Source: an uncultured Kangiella sp. (lineage in GTDB: Bacteria; Pseudomonadota; Gammaproteobacteria; Enterobacterales; Kangiellaceae). Taken from it: a stretch of 64,000 nt of DNA. The notes under the pieces were generated by a model. It was given only the letters and a program-made list of their open reading frames with translations. It had not been told where the DNA came from and did no database searches. Made by a program: the position numbers and the translations under genes. The stretch is from the NCBI GenBank assembly GCA_947503435.1, contig CANNDL010000001.1, positions 83,469 through 147,468 on the forward strand, read 5' to 3'. Shown here piece after piece: positions 49,555-60,602 of the stretch (position 1 is its first letter; each line of letters opens with the position of its first letter).

Positions 49555-49664
49555 AATGACGAAAGAAGCATGAATTAGAGTTTTTTTAGAGGAATTTTCA
49601 CAAAAATATAACTGTTCAATAAATAATCATTGTCTGGCATAAAAGAAATAGAAGTATGACCGTG

Positions 49665-49698
49665 CTTTCATATAACTGTCATATTCGATCGTTATAAT
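49665..49698 (+). promoter_or_regulatory. Pho-box promoter of pstC
   Basis: CTTTCAT-ATAA-CTGTCAT, 10 nt, TATAAT. Confidence 0.88.
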
Positions 49699-49738
49699 CG
49701 CACGCAATCAGCTAAATTCAGGTGAGTTTTCCTAATAT

Positions 49739-51979
49739 ATGGAAACATCAATTAAAGATAAGACTCGTAAGCTACTTGATGAGCAGACGAATAGCGGAAA
49801 GCATAAGCGTCGCAAAATCAAAGACTTACTTGCAAAATATGGTATCGCTACCGGTGGCTTATCGGTCATAGCAGCGGTGGTTCTGATCTGTTTTTACCTA
49901 TTATGGGTAGTCTTGCCGATCTTTAAGCCTGCTCAAGTTGAGCTGAACCAAGAATTTCAGTGGAGCCAGTCAGAGGTTAAATATTTAGGCGTTGAAGAGT
50001 ATGGCGAAATTGCTTTTAGCTTAAATAAAGCTGGTCAAATGCAATTTATCGATTTGCAAACGCAAAAAGTGATTTCCGAAGAAACGCTAGAATCAGATAG
50101 TGCAATGACTGCTTATAGTGCTATGGACCTTAAAGGTTTATTAGCTGTGGGTTTTGCAGACGGCTCTTTTAAGTTAGTTTCTCAGAAATACCAAATTACC
50201 TACCCAAATGATAAGCGCAAGATTAATGCCAGCTTAGAGTTTCCATTTGGTGAAGATGCTTTTGAATTAGCCGATAGCGCCATTAAGCATATTAATGGTA
50301 AACGTTGGGAAGATGGTTTATTAATTACCGCCATTACTGAAGACAATGAATTGGTATCTAAACTTTACACCGTCGAAGAGTCTATGTTTGATGACGGCTT
50401 CAGCTTAGAAGAGGACAATGATGATTCTTTCAGTCCAAACTTTGAAGTTAAATACCTACTAGCAACGGAAGGCCCTGACTGGTTGTATCTTGTCGGCGAA
50501 AATGGCCAAGCTGGTGTTTATCGCTGGCGCAACGGCTGGAAGCAAACTGAACAAACGCAATTGTTGGAAGATGACGCAACGGTTACCGAAGCAGTATTCT
50601 TGTTAGGTCAGACGTCACTCTTGATTGGTGATAGTACTGGCTCTATCCATCAATGGTTCCCAGTTCGTGAACAAAACAACGATTTTATTCTAACTAAAAT
50701 TCGTGATTTTAAATTAGCTGATAATCCTATCGAAAAAATTATCACTGAAGCACGTCGTAAAGGTTTTATTGCTGCTGATGCAAAAGGACAAATAGGGATC
50801 TTCTATACTACTTCTGAGCGCCACTTAAAGACAGTGAACTTTGCTCAATCAGTTGCGGCTATAGCAATTAACTCACGCAGTAATAAGCTGTTAGCGGTTG
50901 GCGCAAACGGCACTACTGATTTGTTCGATGTTGAAAATGAACATCCAGAAATTTCTTGGTCAGCACTTTGGAATCATGTTTGGTACGAAAGCTATGAAGA
51001 GCCATCATTTACTTGGCAGTCATCAGCTTCTACTAACGATTTCGAATCTAAGTTTTCATTAATGCCATTAAGTTTTGGTACTTTAAAAGCAGCTTTTTAT
51101 GCCATGCTTTTTGCGGTGCCATTAGCAATCTTTGGTGCAATTTTTACTGCTTATTTCATGTCGCCAAAAATGCGCGGTATGGTTAAACCCACCGTTGAAA
51201 TCATGGAAGCCTTACCTACAGTTATTTTAGGTTTCTTAGCAGGTTTATGGTTAGCGCCAATGGTAGAAGAGAATTTAATGGGCATATTACTCATTCTGAT
51301 CTTACTGCCCATTCTTACAGTGGCCTTTGGTTATGCATGGCACAATGCACCGCAATCTTTCAAAAACCGTATACCAGATGGCTGGCAAGCAGCTTTATTA
51401 ATCCCAGTCATTATTGTCGGCACCATGTTTGCCTTCTGGTTAGGTGAGCCTTTAGAAGCTGTTATGTTTGATGGCAATATGCCTGCGTGGCTAAACTCTA
51501 TCGGCATTAACTATGATCAGCGTAATTCATTAGTTGTTGGTATCGCCATGGGTTTTGCGGTGATTCCAACTATCTTTTCGATTACTGAAGATGCCGTATT
51601 TAGTGTACCTAAGCACTTAACTAACGGTTCTTTAGCACTAGGCGCAAGCCCATGGCAAACCATGATGCGCGTGGTGCTTCCAACTGCTAGCCCAGGTATT
51701 TTCTCAGCCTTGATGATTGGTTTTGGTCGTGCTGTTGGTGAAACCATGATTGTATTGATGGCGACAGGTAATACACCAATTATGGATATGAATATCTTCG
51801 AAGGTATGCGTACCTTGTCAGCAAATATTGCAGTTGAAATGCCTGAATCAGAACTTGGCTCTTCGCATTATCGCGTCTTGTTCTTAGCGGCATTCGTATT
51901 GTTCTTATTCACCTTTATGTTTAACACTATCGCAGAAGTGGTTCGTCAGCGTTTGCGTACTAAGTACGGCTCGCTTTAG
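49739..51979 (+). CDS. pstC: Phosphate ABC transporter permease PstC (long form with a periplasmic propeller-like insert)
   Basis: GTLKAAFYAM, EIMEALPTV, EDAVFSVP, GRAVGETMIV, SANIAVEMPE. Confidence 0.92.
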   Translation: METSIKDKTRKLLDEQTNSGKHKRRKIKDLLAKYGIATGGLSVIAAVVLICFYLLWVVLPIFKPAQVELNQEFQWSQSEVKYLGVEEYGEIAFSLNKAGQMQFIDLQTQKVISEETLESDSAMTAYSAMDLKGLLAVGFADGSFKLVSQKYQITYPNDKRKINASLEFPFGEDAFELADSAIKHINGKRWEDGLLITAITEDNELVSKLYTVEESMFDDGFSLEEDNDDSFSPNFEVKYLLATEGPDWLYLVGENGQAGVYRWRNGWKQTEQTQLLEDDATVTEAVFLLGQTSLLIGDSTGSIHQWFPVREQNNDFILTKIRDFKLADNPIEKIITEARRKGFIAADAKGQIGIFYTTSERHLKTVNFAQSVAAIAINSRSNKLLAVGANGTTDLFDVENEHPEISWSALWNHVWYESYEEPSFTWQSSASTNDFESKFSLMPLSFGTLKAAFYAMLFAVPLAIFGAIFTAYFMSPKMRGMVKPTVEIMEALPTVILGFLAGLWLAPMVEENLMGILLILILLPILTVAFGYAWHNAPQSFKNRIPDGWQAALLIPVIIVGTMFAFWLGEPLEAVMFDGNMPAWLNSIGINYDQRNSLVVGIAMGFAVIPTIFSITEDAVFSVPKHLTNGSLALGASPWQTMMRVVLPTASPGIFSALMIGFGRAVGETMIVLMATGNTPIMDMNIFEGMRTLSANIAVEMPESELGSSHYRVLFLAAFVLFLFTFMFNTIAEVVRQRLRTKYGSL

Positions 51980-51993
51980 AGGAGGCTTGAAAG

Positions 51994-53607
51994 ATGAGTT
52001 CAAATAAAAAATTCTTCCAAGGCGGTCAACACTGGGTGTGGTTAAATGCCGGCGCTATTAGTATCTCAATCATTATGGTTGTGGGTTTATTGTTACTGAT
52101 TGCGGTACGTGGTCTGAGTCACTTCTGGCCTGCAGATGTTAATACTTTCTTAGTACAAACGGAGCAGGGCGTTGAGTTGGTGATGGGTGAAATCCATAGT
52201 CATGAAGAAGATATACAAGATGGCCGTGAGCGTGAGCAATATCTGATAAAGACGGGAAACCGTGATCAATATGGTATCGACTTCCGTTGGTTAGATCTTA
52301 AAGATGTATCCGATACCAAGATAGATGAAAATGTGGTTGTTCTTGAGCGCCGTGAATGGGGTAACTTATACGGTTTTATCAAGACGGTTACTATGGATGG
52401 TCAGTCTGTTGAACCAACGGCTGAAAATTTAGAATCTATTATTGAACGCGCCAATGGTTTACATCATGAAATTCGTGGTATTGAAGCTGGCGACATTGGT
52501 AGTATTAACTATGACTTGGAGCAGTTACGTTTAGAGCAGCGTCGTTTAGAGCTGGATAATGAGCTTACTCCAGAAGCTCTTGCCGATTTAGATAAACAAC
52601 GTGAAGAATTAAATCAACAGTTCTTAAGTTATCAATCGGGTTTACAGGAATTATATACTCAGGCGAAAAGAGATTCGGCAGAGTTTGAATTAGTTGGCGG
52701 CCAAACAAGAACGGTCAATGCTGAAATGATGGTGCGTTCATTCCAGCCAAATGCGATGGGCGTTTTTGCAAAAATTGGTCACTACTTCTCAAAACTTGGC
52801 GAGTTTATTTTTGACGAACCACGTGAAGCCAATACCGAAGGCGGTGTCTTTCCAGCAATTTTCGGTACTGTTTTGATGGTCTTGTTAATGTCGGTAGTGG
52901 TAACTCCATTAGGCGTAATCGCAGCAGTTTATATGCGTGAATACGCTAAGCAGGGGCCACTAACTCGCACCATTCGAATCGCGGTCAACAATTTAGCGGG
53001 TGTACCGTCAATCGTATATGGTGTATTCGGTTTAGGCTTCTTTGTTTATTTCTTAGGTGGCTCCATAGATGACTTGTTCTACCCTGAAGTAAAACCAGCT
53101 CCAATGTTTGGCACACCAGGTTTGATTTGGGCATCGTTAACCCTAGCTTTATTAACCTTGCCAGTCGTTATTGTATCTACTGAAGAAGGTTTAGCGCGCA
53201 TCCCAAGCGCTATCCGTGAAGGTAGCCTGGCTTTAGGGGCGACTAAATTTGAAACGCTATGGAAGACGGTATTACCAATGGCATCACCGGCAATGATGAC
53301 TGGATTGATCTTGGCCGTTGCGCGTGCAGCAGGTGAGGTTGCGCCATTAATGTTAGTTGGTGTGGTAAAGCTAGCGCCAACCTTGCCGTTGGATGCGAAT
53401 GCTCCGTTCCTGCACTTAGAGCGCAAATTTATGCACTTAGGTTTTCATATTTATGACGTTGGCTTCCAAAGCCCTAACGTTGAGGCGGCGCGTCCACTGG
53501 TATATGCAACTGCCTTATTGTTAGTATTAATTATTATTTTATTGAATATTGCGGCGATTAAAATCCGTAATAATTTACGCGAAAAGTATAAATCGCTTGA
53601 GCAATAA
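51994..53607 (+). CDS. pstA: Phosphate ABC transporter permease PstA
   Basis: ANTEGGVFPAIFGT, NLAGVPSIVYG, REGSLALGAT, RAAGEVAPL. Confidence 0.94.
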   Translation: MSSNKKFFQGGQHWVWLNAGAISISIIMVVGLLLLIAVRGLSHFWPADVNTFLVQTEQGVELVMGEIHSHEEDIQDGREREQYLIKTGNRDQYGIDFRWLDLKDVSDTKIDENVVVLERREWGNLYGFIKTVTMDGQSVEPTAENLESIIERANGLHHEIRGIEAGDIGSINYDLEQLRLEQRRLELDNELTPEALADLDKQREELNQQFLSYQSGLQELYTQAKRDSAEFELVGGQTRTVNAEMMVRSFQPNAMGVFAKIGHYFSKLGEFIFDEPREANTEGGVFPAIFGTVLMVLLMSVVVTPLGVIAAVYMREYAKQGPLTRTIRIAVNNLAGVPSIVYGVFGLGFFVYFLGGSIDDLFYPEVKPAPMFGTPGLIWASLTLALLTLPVVIVSTEEGLARIPSAIREGSLALGATKFETLWKTVLPMASPAMMTGLILAVARAAGEVAPLMLVGVVKLAPTLPLDANAPFLHLERKFMHLGFHIYDVGFQSPNVEAARPLVYATALLLVLIIILLNIAAIKIRNNLREKYKSLEQ

Positions 53608-53617
53608 TCAACTTTAA

Positions 53618-54487
53618 TTGGTGAAAGAAATGACTAACTTGATTTCAAAAAAGAGCTCTGAAACAAAAGTTACTGAAGAAGTAGTAGAGAATTCTGCAGC
53701 ACGTTCTGCGGAGAATAATCCATTAGCAAATGAAAAGATTGCCATTGAAGTTGAAAAGCTCAATTTATACTATGGTGATAAGCAAGCGCTCTACGATATT
53801 GATTTGCAGATACCGGAAAAGAAAGTGACCGCATTTATCGGTCCGTCGGGTTGTGGTAAGTCAACATTATTGCGCTGTTTTAACCGCATGAATGATTTAG
53901 TGGATATCGCAAAAATTAACGGCGAAATCCGAATGGATGGGCAAAATATTTATCAACCAGGTTTAGATGTTGCTGAGTTGCGTCGTAACGTTGGTATGGT
54001 ATTCCAGAAGCCAAACCCATTCCCTAAATCAATTTATGAAAACGTCGCTTACGGTTTACGCCTGCAAGGTATTAATAAAAAACGCACTTTGGATGAAGTG
54101 GTTGAGTGGGCATTAAAGGGTGCAGCGCTTTGGGACGAAGTTAAAGATCGTTTGCAAGACAATGCATTAGGTATGTCAGGTGGTCAGCAACAAAGGTTAT
54201 GTATCGCTCGCGCAATTGCCGTTCAACCAGAAGTATTACTATTGGATGAGCCTGCGTCAGCACTGGATCCAATATCTACTTTAAAAATTGAAGAGTTGAT
54301 TCACGATCTGAAAAAAGACTACACCATTGTTATCGTGACTCACAACATGCAACAGGCAGCTCGTGTTTCCGATTACACAGCCTTTATGTATATTGGTGAC
54401 TTGGTAGAATTTGATAATACCGATAAGATATTTACTAATCCGTCGCAAAAGAAAACAGAAGATTATATTACGGGCCGCTACGGCTAA
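53618..54487 (+). CDS. pstB: Phosphate ABC transporter ATP-binding protein
   Basis: [46 protein letters not shown]. Confidence 0.97.
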   Translation: MVKEMTNLISKKSSETKVTEEVVENSAARSAENNPLANEKIAIEVEKLNLYYGDKQALYDIDLQIPEKKVTAFIGPSGCGKSTLLRCFNRMNDLVDIAKINGEIRMDGQNIYQPGLDVAELRRNVGMVFQKPNPFPKSIYENVAYGLRLQGINKKRTLDEVVEWALKGAALWDEVKDRLQDNALGMSGGQQQRLCIARAIAVQPEVLLLDEPASALDPISTLKIEELIHDLKKDYTIVIVTHNMQQAARVSDYTAFMYIGDLVEFDNTDKIFTNPSQKKTEDYITGRYG

Positions 54488-54526
54488 TCAGCAGCAAGAT
54501 ATTAGGAATTAGAGAGGTAATTCGAA

Positions 54527-55261
54527 ATGATGGATAATGAAGTATTAGGTCAACATATCTCGCAACAGTTTAATGCTGATCTAGAAAATATTCGTGAAGA
54601 CGTTTTAGCGATGGGTGGTTTGGTTGAAGAACAGATGAGTATGGCGCTTGAGGCTTTCACTAAACATGACTCAGCGATGGCGCAACAAGTAATCGACAAT
54701 GATGACAAGGTTAATGATCTTGAAGTTAAAATCGATGAAGATTGCACAAAAATCTTGGCTAAACGTCAGCCAGCTGCTGGTGACTTACGTTTAATTATTA
54801 CAGTATTAAAAACCATTACCGATTTAGAGCGTATTGGTGATGAAGCAGAAAAAATTGCACGTTTAGCAAAAGACATCGCAACTGGAAAAACTAGTGCAAT
54901 CGATGGTAAGTTGCATTACGGTGCCATGGTTCATCTTGGTGAGCACGTTAAGAAAATGTTGCACGATGCGTTAGATGCATTTGCACGTATGGACGTAGAA
55001 ACTGCCTTACAAGTGGCAAAGTTAGATAATCAAGCCGATGATGAATATAACGCTATTTCTCGTCAATTGATTACTTATATGATGGAAGAGCCGCGTCGTA
55101 TTTCTGAAGTATTAGACTTTATGTGGTCTGCTCGAGCTTTAGAAAGAATTGGCGACCATGCGAACAATATTTGTGAGTATGTGGTTTACATGGTTCAAGG
55201 CCAAGACGTACGCCATATGAGTTGGGATGAAATGAGCCGTAAAGCTCGCGAAGCACAATAG
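54527..55261 (+). CDS. phoU: Phosphate signalling complex protein PhoU
   Basis: RQPAAGDLR, DLERIGDEA, LERIGDHANNICE. Confidence 0.96.
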   Translation: MMDNEVLGQHISQQFNADLENIREDVLAMGGLVEEQMSMALEAFTKHDSAMAQQVIDNDDKVNDLEVKIDEDCTKILAKRQPAAGDLRLIITVLKTITDLERIGDEAEKIARLAKDIATGKTSAIDGKLHYGAMVHLGEHVKKMLHDALDAFARMDVETALQVAKLDNQADDEYNAISRQLITYMMEEPRRISEVLDFMWSARALERIGDHANNICEYVVYMVQGQDVRHMSWDEMSRKAREAQ

Positions 55262-55304
55262 TTTTTATACAAAAGTTTTAGTTTTTCTATAGAGTAGAAT
55301 TGGC

Positions 55305-55997
55305 ATGAGCGCAAAAATATTAATCTTGGAAGATGAACGCGACATCCGCGAGATGTTAGCATTTTGCATGGAACAAGCAGGCTATGAAGTTGAACAAGCG
55401 GCGACTGCTGAAAGGGTATTCGGTTTGCTCAAAGAAGGTTTTCAGCCTGATTTGTTTTTGGTGGACTGGATGTTGCCAGGTGCATCAGGAATTGAATTCA
55501 CCAAAAAGCTTAAGAAGAACCCTGCGAATCAAGATTTGCCTGTGATTATGCTCACGGCACGCGGTGAAGAAGATGACCGAGTGCAAGGATTAGAAGCAGG
55601 TGCAGATGACTACGTAGTTAAGCCATTCTCTCCTCGTGAACTATTAGCTCGTGTACAAGCGGTTTTAAGGCGAACTGGCGCTATTAATAAAGTGACAGAG
55701 CAACTACAGCATGGCGATATTGCAATTGATACCGCAGGTCATAGAGTAACTATTCGTAACGAAGAGGTACACTTAGGTCCTACTGAGTATAAAATTTTGC
55801 ACTTTTTTATGAGCAATATCGATCGTGTTTTCTCTCGCAATCAATTATTGGACTCAGTCTGGGGGCAGCAGGTGGTAGTAGAGGAGCGTACGGTTGATGT
55901 ACATATTCGTCGTTTACGCAAAGCTTTGGCTCCTTATGAGGTGGAAAACTATGTGCAGACGGTTCGTGGTTCTGGTTACCGCTTTTCTTCTAAATAA
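55305..55997 (+). CDS. phoB: Phosphate regulon response regulator
   Basis: DWMLPG, MLTARGEEDDRVQGLEAGADDY, ERTVDVHIRRLRK, TVRGSGYRF. Confidence 0.96.
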   Translation: MSAKILILEDERDIREMLAFCMEQAGYEVEQAATAERVFGLLKEGFQPDLFLVDWMLPGASGIEFTKKLKKNPANQDLPVIMLTARGEEDDRVQGLEAGADDYVVKPFSPRELLARVQAVLRRTGAINKVTEQLQHGDIAIDTAGHRVTIRNEEVHLGPTEYKILHFFMSNIDRVFSRNQLLDSVWGQQVVVEERTVDVHIRRLRKALAPYEVENYVQTVRGSGYRFSSK

Positions 55998-56016
55998 CAT
56001 TTTCTGGCCTAATTAA

Positions 56017-57315
56017 ATGTGGAAAAACCGCTACTGGCAAGCAGAATTATGGACATTGTTGTTCATTCTATTTGTTGTTGGTCTTATAGGTTCATTATTC
56101 AATAAAACTGCAGTATTTGTTGCAGTTATCATTTTCGGATACCTTGTTTGGAATTTAATTCAGTTATCCCGTTTGTTTCATTGGATTTTTGTTTCAAAAG
56201 CAATTTATCCTCCCGTCGCTCCAGGTGTTTGGGGAGAAATTTTTAATCAACTCTATATTCGTCAAAGAAAGCATCGTAAAGATCTTAAAAAGCTTAATGC
56301 TATTATTTCGGAATTTCGTGATTCGACGCGGGCGCTAAAAGAGGGCGCCATGATTATTAGTAATCTTGGCGAAATCCGCTGGTTTAATAAGGCTTCTGCC
56401 AAGTTGTTGGGACTTAAGCCGAGTGTTGATATTGGTCAGCGGTTATTCAATTTATTGCGCCATCCTGATTTTATTGAGTATGAAGCCGCGAGAGATTACG
56501 GCAAACCGCTAAATATTCCGTCGCCTGTGGATACTAATATTATGCTAAGTCTTAGTATTACACCTTATAACGAAGATCAGCGTTTGGTAATTATTCGAGA
56601 CGTTACTGAAAAATACCATCTAGAAAGGGTGCGTCAGGATTTTGTAGCCAATGTTTCTCATGAGCTTAGAACACCATTAACGGTGATCACTGGTTACTTA
56701 GAAATGTTGGATCCTGAGATGAATCCAAATCTAAAATCCGTCGCTAAACCATTAAACATGATGCATCAACAGGCGCTAAACATGGGCCATCTTGTTGATG
56801 ACCTATTGCTGTTATCCAAGCTAGATTCAAAAGTGGATTCTAATGGCCATAAAGCAATTGATATAAACCTTTTGCTTGATTCAATTTGCGCAGAAGCGCG
56901 AGCTTTTAGTGGTGAAAAAAATCAACAGATACTGTTCCATTCGCATACCAATACCATGTTAAAGGCTTCAGAAAAGCAGCTGCGAAGTGCTTTCTCAAAT
57001 CTTGTATTTAATGCAGTACGTTACACACCTGCCAATGGCAAAATCGATATTTATTGGCAAGAAGATGAACATAACTACATTGTGAAAGTTAAAGACAATG
57101 GCCAAGGCATTGAATCGCAACATATCCCAAGGCTTACTGAGCGCTTTTATCGAGTGGATTCAGGTCGAAACCGCTCCCAGGGTGGCACTGGATTGGGCTT
57201 AGCTATCGTAAAACACGTATTGGAATACCATAACGCTACTCTTCAGATTGAAAGCTCTGTAGGCAAAGGTAGCTGCTTTTGCTGTATCTTTCCTAAAAAC
57301 AAAGACTTAGCTTAG
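56017..57315 (+). CDS. phoR: Phosphate regulon sensor histidine kinase
   Basis: PAS region, FVANVSHELRTPLT, FYRVDSGR, GGTGLGLAIVKH. Confidence 0.95.
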   Translation: MWKNRYWQAELWTLLFILFVVGLIGSLFNKTAVFVAVIIFGYLVWNLIQLSRLFHWIFVSKAIYPPVAPGVWGEIFNQLYIRQRKHRKDLKKLNAIISEFRDSTRALKEGAMIISNLGEIRWFNKASAKLLGLKPSVDIGQRLFNLLRHPDFIEYEAARDYGKPLNIPSPVDTNIMLSLSITPYNEDQRLVIIRDVTEKYHLERVRQDFVANVSHELRTPLTVITGYLEMLDPEMNPNLKSVAKPLNMMHQQALNMGHLVDDLLLLSKLDSKVDSNGHKAIDINLLLDSICAEARAFSGEKNQQILFHSHTNTMLKASEKQLRSAFSNLVFNAVRYTPANGKIDIYWQEDEHNYIVKVKDNGQGIESQHIPRLTERFYRVDSGRNRSQGGTGLGLAIVKHVLEYHNATLQIESSVGKGSCFCCIFPKNKDLA

Positions 57316-57344
57316 TTTTCGATCATTTCAAATGGCAAAGCCTA

Positions 57345-57400
57345 TTGTCATGAAATCGTAATATTTAAGTAATCTGACCTTAATATTCAAACCCTATTAT
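57345..57400 (+). promoter_or_regulatory. Tandem Pho-box-like repeats and -10 element of pstS
   Basis: Four 7-mers at 11-bp pitch (TTGTCAT, TCGTAAT, AAGTAAT, CCTTAAT), 10 nt, TATTAT; the later repeats are degenerate. Confidence 0.6.
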
Positions 57401-57445
57401 TACCGCGTCTTATAAATTTACTTAAAAATTATTTGGAGTGTTCAA

Positions 57446-58405
57446 ATGAACTTATTCAAAAAAGTTGCTTTAGCGGCAGCAGTTTCAACTTTCTCATTAG
57501 GCGCGATGGCTGAAGCTAACGTTGACGAAAACTTAAACGTTTACAAAAAAACTAGCGGTATCTCAGGTAACTTATCTTCTGTAGGTTCTGATACTTTGGC
57601 TAACTTAATGACTTTGTGGGCTGAAGAGTTCAAGCGTCAATACCCAAACGTAAACATCCAAATTCAAGCGGCTGGTTCTTCTACTGCGCCACCAGCTTTA
57701 TCTGAAGGTACTTCAAACTTCGGTCCTATGAGCCGTAAGATGAAGGACAAAGAATTAGAATCTTTCGAAAAGAAACACGGTTACAAGCCTACTCCTATCG
57801 CAGTGGCAATTGATGCATTAGCTGTATACGTACACAAAGATAACCCAATCGAAGGTTTAACGATTCCTCAAGTTGATGCTATTTTCTCTTCAACTCGTAA
57901 GTGTCGCGCTGAAGGCGACATCGCTGATTGGAGCGAGTTGGGCGTAGACGGCGGTGATATTCAACTTTACGGCCGTAATTCAGTATCGGGTACTTACGGT
58001 TACTTTAAGAAAAAAGGTCTTTGTAAAGGTGACTTCAAAAACACTGTAAACGAGCAACCTGGTTCTGCTTCAGTAGTTCAATCTGTAAGTTTGTCTAAAA
58101 ATGGTATCGGCTATTCTGGTATTGGTTACATCACATCTGGTGTTAAAGCAGTTCCTTTAGCTAAAAAGCCTGGTAAACCATTTGTTGCGGCAACTCCTGA
58201 GAATGCAATCAACAAAACTTACCCTCTAGGTCGTCAATTGATTGTTTACGTAAACAAGCACCCTAACAAGCCTTTAGCTCCAATCGAATTAGAGTTCTTG
58301 AAAATGGTTCTTTCTAAAGTTGGTCAAGAAGTTGTAGTTAAAGACGGCTACATCCCATTACCTGCAAAAGTAGCTGAGAAGCAACTTAAAAAATTAATGA
58401 AGTAA
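57446..58405 (+). CDS. pstS: Phosphate ABC transporter substrate-binding protein
   Basis: [43 protein letters not shown]. Confidence 0.95.
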   Translation: MNLFKKVALAAAVSTFSLGAMAEANVDENLNVYKKTSGISGNLSSVGSDTLANLMTLWAEEFKRQYPNVNIQIQAAGSSTAPPALSEGTSNFGPMSRKMKDKELESFEKKHGYKPTPIAVAIDALAVYVHKDNPIEGLTIPQVDAIFSSTRKCRAEGDIADWSELGVDGGDIQLYGRNSVSGTYGYFKKKGLCKGDFKNTVNEQPGSASVVQSVSLSKNGIGYSGIGYITSGVKAVPLAKKPGKPFVAATPENAINKTYPLGRQLIVYVNKHPNKPLAPIELEFLKMVLSKVGQEVVVKDGYIPLPAKVAEKQLKKLMK

Positions 58406-58450
58406 TTAGTCACTACTTGATTAAAGACGAAAGTCATAAAATCCCTCTCT

Positions 58451-58479
58451 AAGCCGGCTCATTTGAGCCGGCTTTTTTT
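58451..58479 (+). terminator. Intrinsic terminator after pstS
   Basis: AAGCCGGCTC-ATTT-GAGCCGGCTT followed by a T run. Confidence 0.9.
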
Positions 58480-58536
58480 ATGAGAATTATGAAAGCTTCT
58501 GCTATCATTACAGCAGCATTGCTTATCTAAACTTTC

Positions 58537-59691
58537 ATGCAGAACAATAACAATCATTGGTACTACTATATGGATAACCTAAGAGCATTGGCATTGCTTT
58601 TAGGGATCTTTTTTCATGCTGCTATAGCTTACAGCCCAATTATGGGGGATTTATGGCCAGCAGGAGATTTTGAACGTTCTAGCGCTTTAGATTTTGTTAC
58701 TTGGTTTTCGCATATGTTTAGGATGCCACTATTCTTTTTAATATCTGGCTTCTTTGCTTATATGCTTCTGCAAAAAAGAGGAATCAAACCATTTGTAAAG
58801 CATCGTAGCATGCGAATACTATTGCCATTTATTATTTTTCTACCCTTGGTGATAGCCAGTATCTTAGGCTCAGTAATTTGGGCTGCTGAGAATATAGAGA
58901 ATAAATCCAATTTCTTAAAATTAATCATTGCAATGTTCTCAAACCCGAATGCCGAGCAGCCGCCATTTAGCACCACGCATTTATGGTTTCTGTATAATTT
59001 GTTTATGTTCTGTTTGGTGGCAGCTTTACTTTGGAAGTATAGAGGTTTTCAGAGTCAATGGATGGGAAGGTTGTGTACGCCCAAAACGATTCTATTGATT
59101 TTTCCATTGCTACTGATTCCATCGTTAGCTTCTGTACCTATGCCGCATCCAGCTGCTGAACGTATATACCCAGAGATTTGGTCTTTTGGCTTTTATGGCT
59201 TGTATTTTTTATTAGGTTTTATGATTTATCATAAGCAGTCTTTACTTGATGAGCTGAAGCCTTATGCTCACTGGTTATTGTTGCTGAGCTTGGGTTTATA
59301 TTACGTTTGGTTTATAGAAATTAGCCAAAGAACATTTACCATTGAAACTTTGTTTAATCATCAGTTTAGGTGGCAGGATTTGCCATATGCGGCGATTGAA
59401 GCTCTCATTTCCGTTTTTATGACAGTCTGCTGCTTAGTATATGGCAAACTATTTTTAGATCGTAAAAATGCAATTTTAAGGGTCTTATCCCAATCGTCTT
59501 ACTGGGTTTATATTGTCCATTTGCCTGTTTTATTTTGGATTCAATTTTTGTTATTGGATGTCGAACTTAACTTATGGCTGAAATTTTCCATTAGCTCATT
59601 TGGTACTTTGGCTATCGGCATTATCAGCTATTATTTGTTGGTGAAATGGACGCCAATCGGTTGGCTGCTGAATGGTCGTAAGAAAAACTAA
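58537..59691 (+). CDS. Acyltransferase family 3 membrane protein (OpgC/MdoC-like)
   Basis: DNLRA, FRMPLFFLISGFF, HLWFL, SYWVYIVH. Confidence 0.85.
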   Translation: MQNNNNHWYYYMDNLRALALLLGIFFHAAIAYSPIMGDLWPAGDFERSSALDFVTWFSHMFRMPLFFLISGFFAYMLLQKRGIKPFVKHRSMRILLPFIIFLPLVIASILGSVIWAAENIENKSNFLKLIIAMFSNPNAEQPPFSTTHLWFLYNLFMFCLVAALLWKYRGFQSQWMGRLCTPKTILLIFPLLLIPSLASVPMPHPAAERIYPEIWSFGFYGLYFLLGFMIYHKQSLLDELKPYAHWLLLLSLGLYYVWFIEISQRTFTIETLFNHQFRWQDLPYAAIEALISVFMTVCCLVYGKLFLDRKNAILRVLSQSSYWVYIVHLPVLFWIQFLLLDVELNLWLKFSISSFGTLAIGIISYYLLVKWTPIGWLLNGRKKN

Positions 59692-60563
59692 TGTCGTTAG
59701 AGCTGCAAGCAACAAAAGTTAGCTCGGTAGTTTTGCCGAGTTTAGAAACAGATTCAACTCACATAGATATGCTTAGAGATGACTTAATTCACCCCATTGT
59801 CTCAGGCAATAAATGGCGCAAACTTAAATACTTGATTCAAGACGCAGAGGGTAGAGATTGTAAGACTTTAATTTCTATGGGCGGAAACTACTCAAATCAT
59901 CTACATGCTCTTGCCTTTGCCGGAAAAGAGTTCGGCTTTAAGACTATTGGCTTTGTTAGAGCACATCAAGATCAAGAGTTAACACCTACATTAAAGGATT
60001 GTGTTGAGTGGGGTATGGAGTTAGTTTTTGTCAGCAGGACTGGATATGCTCAACTCAGAAATAAAAGCCAATGGAATGAGCTTGGTCAGGAATACCCTAA
60101 TAGTTACTGGATTACTGAAGGCGGATTCTCTGAGCTTGCCATTCAAGGTGTTCAAGAAATAGCCGGTGAGGTGACATCACATTATGATTTTATTTTTTGT
60201 GGGGTTGGCAGTGGCGCTACCTTAATAGGGTTAGCAAAAACTTTTCCACAGTCAAAAGTTGTAGGAGTGGCAGCCTTTAAAGGAGCTGATTATTTGCTCG
60301 CAGAATTGGAGGAACAGTTGAAAGGCCTTGATAACTGGGTACTAGAAGTGAATCATCACCATGGTGGTTTTGCTAAGACAAGTCGCGATTTAGAACAGCT
60401 TGGAGCGCAATTCACTAAACTTAATGGCTTTACGTTAGATAAGGTTTACAACTTAAAAGTACTAAGTGCATTGATGGGCAATATCGATAAGGGACTAGTA
60501 TTAGATAAACATAAAGTATTACTTATAAATACTGGCGGTATCCAAGGAAACCGAAAGCAATAA
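59691..60563 (+). CDS. PLP-dependent ACC deaminase/D-cysteine desulfhydrase family enzyme
   Basis: RDDLIHP..SGNKWRKL, GGNYSNH, GVGSGATL, LDKVY, NTGGIQG. Confidence 0.88.
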   Translation: MSLELQATKVSSVVLPSLETDSTHIDMLRDDLIHPIVSGNKWRKLKYLIQDAEGRDCKTLISMGGNYSNHLHALAFAGKEFGFKTIGFVRAHQDQELTPTLKDCVEWGMELVFVSRTGYAQLRNKSQWNELGQEYPNSYWITEGGFSELAIQGVQEIAGEVTSHYDFIFCGVGSGATLIGLAKTFPQSKVVGVAAFKGADYLLAELEEQLKGLDNWVLEVNHHHGGFAKTSRDLEQLGAQFTKLNGFTLDKVYNLKVLSALMGNIDKGLVLDKHKVLLINTGGIQGNRKQ

Positions 60564-60587
60564 AAAGCCTGCAATTGCAGGCTTTTT
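60562..60587. terminator. Bidirectional intrinsic terminator
   Basis: AAAAA-GCCTGCA-ATT-GCAGGC-TTTTT, palindromic. Confidence 0.85.
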
Positions 60588-60602
60588 ATAATTAGAAAGG
60601 AG

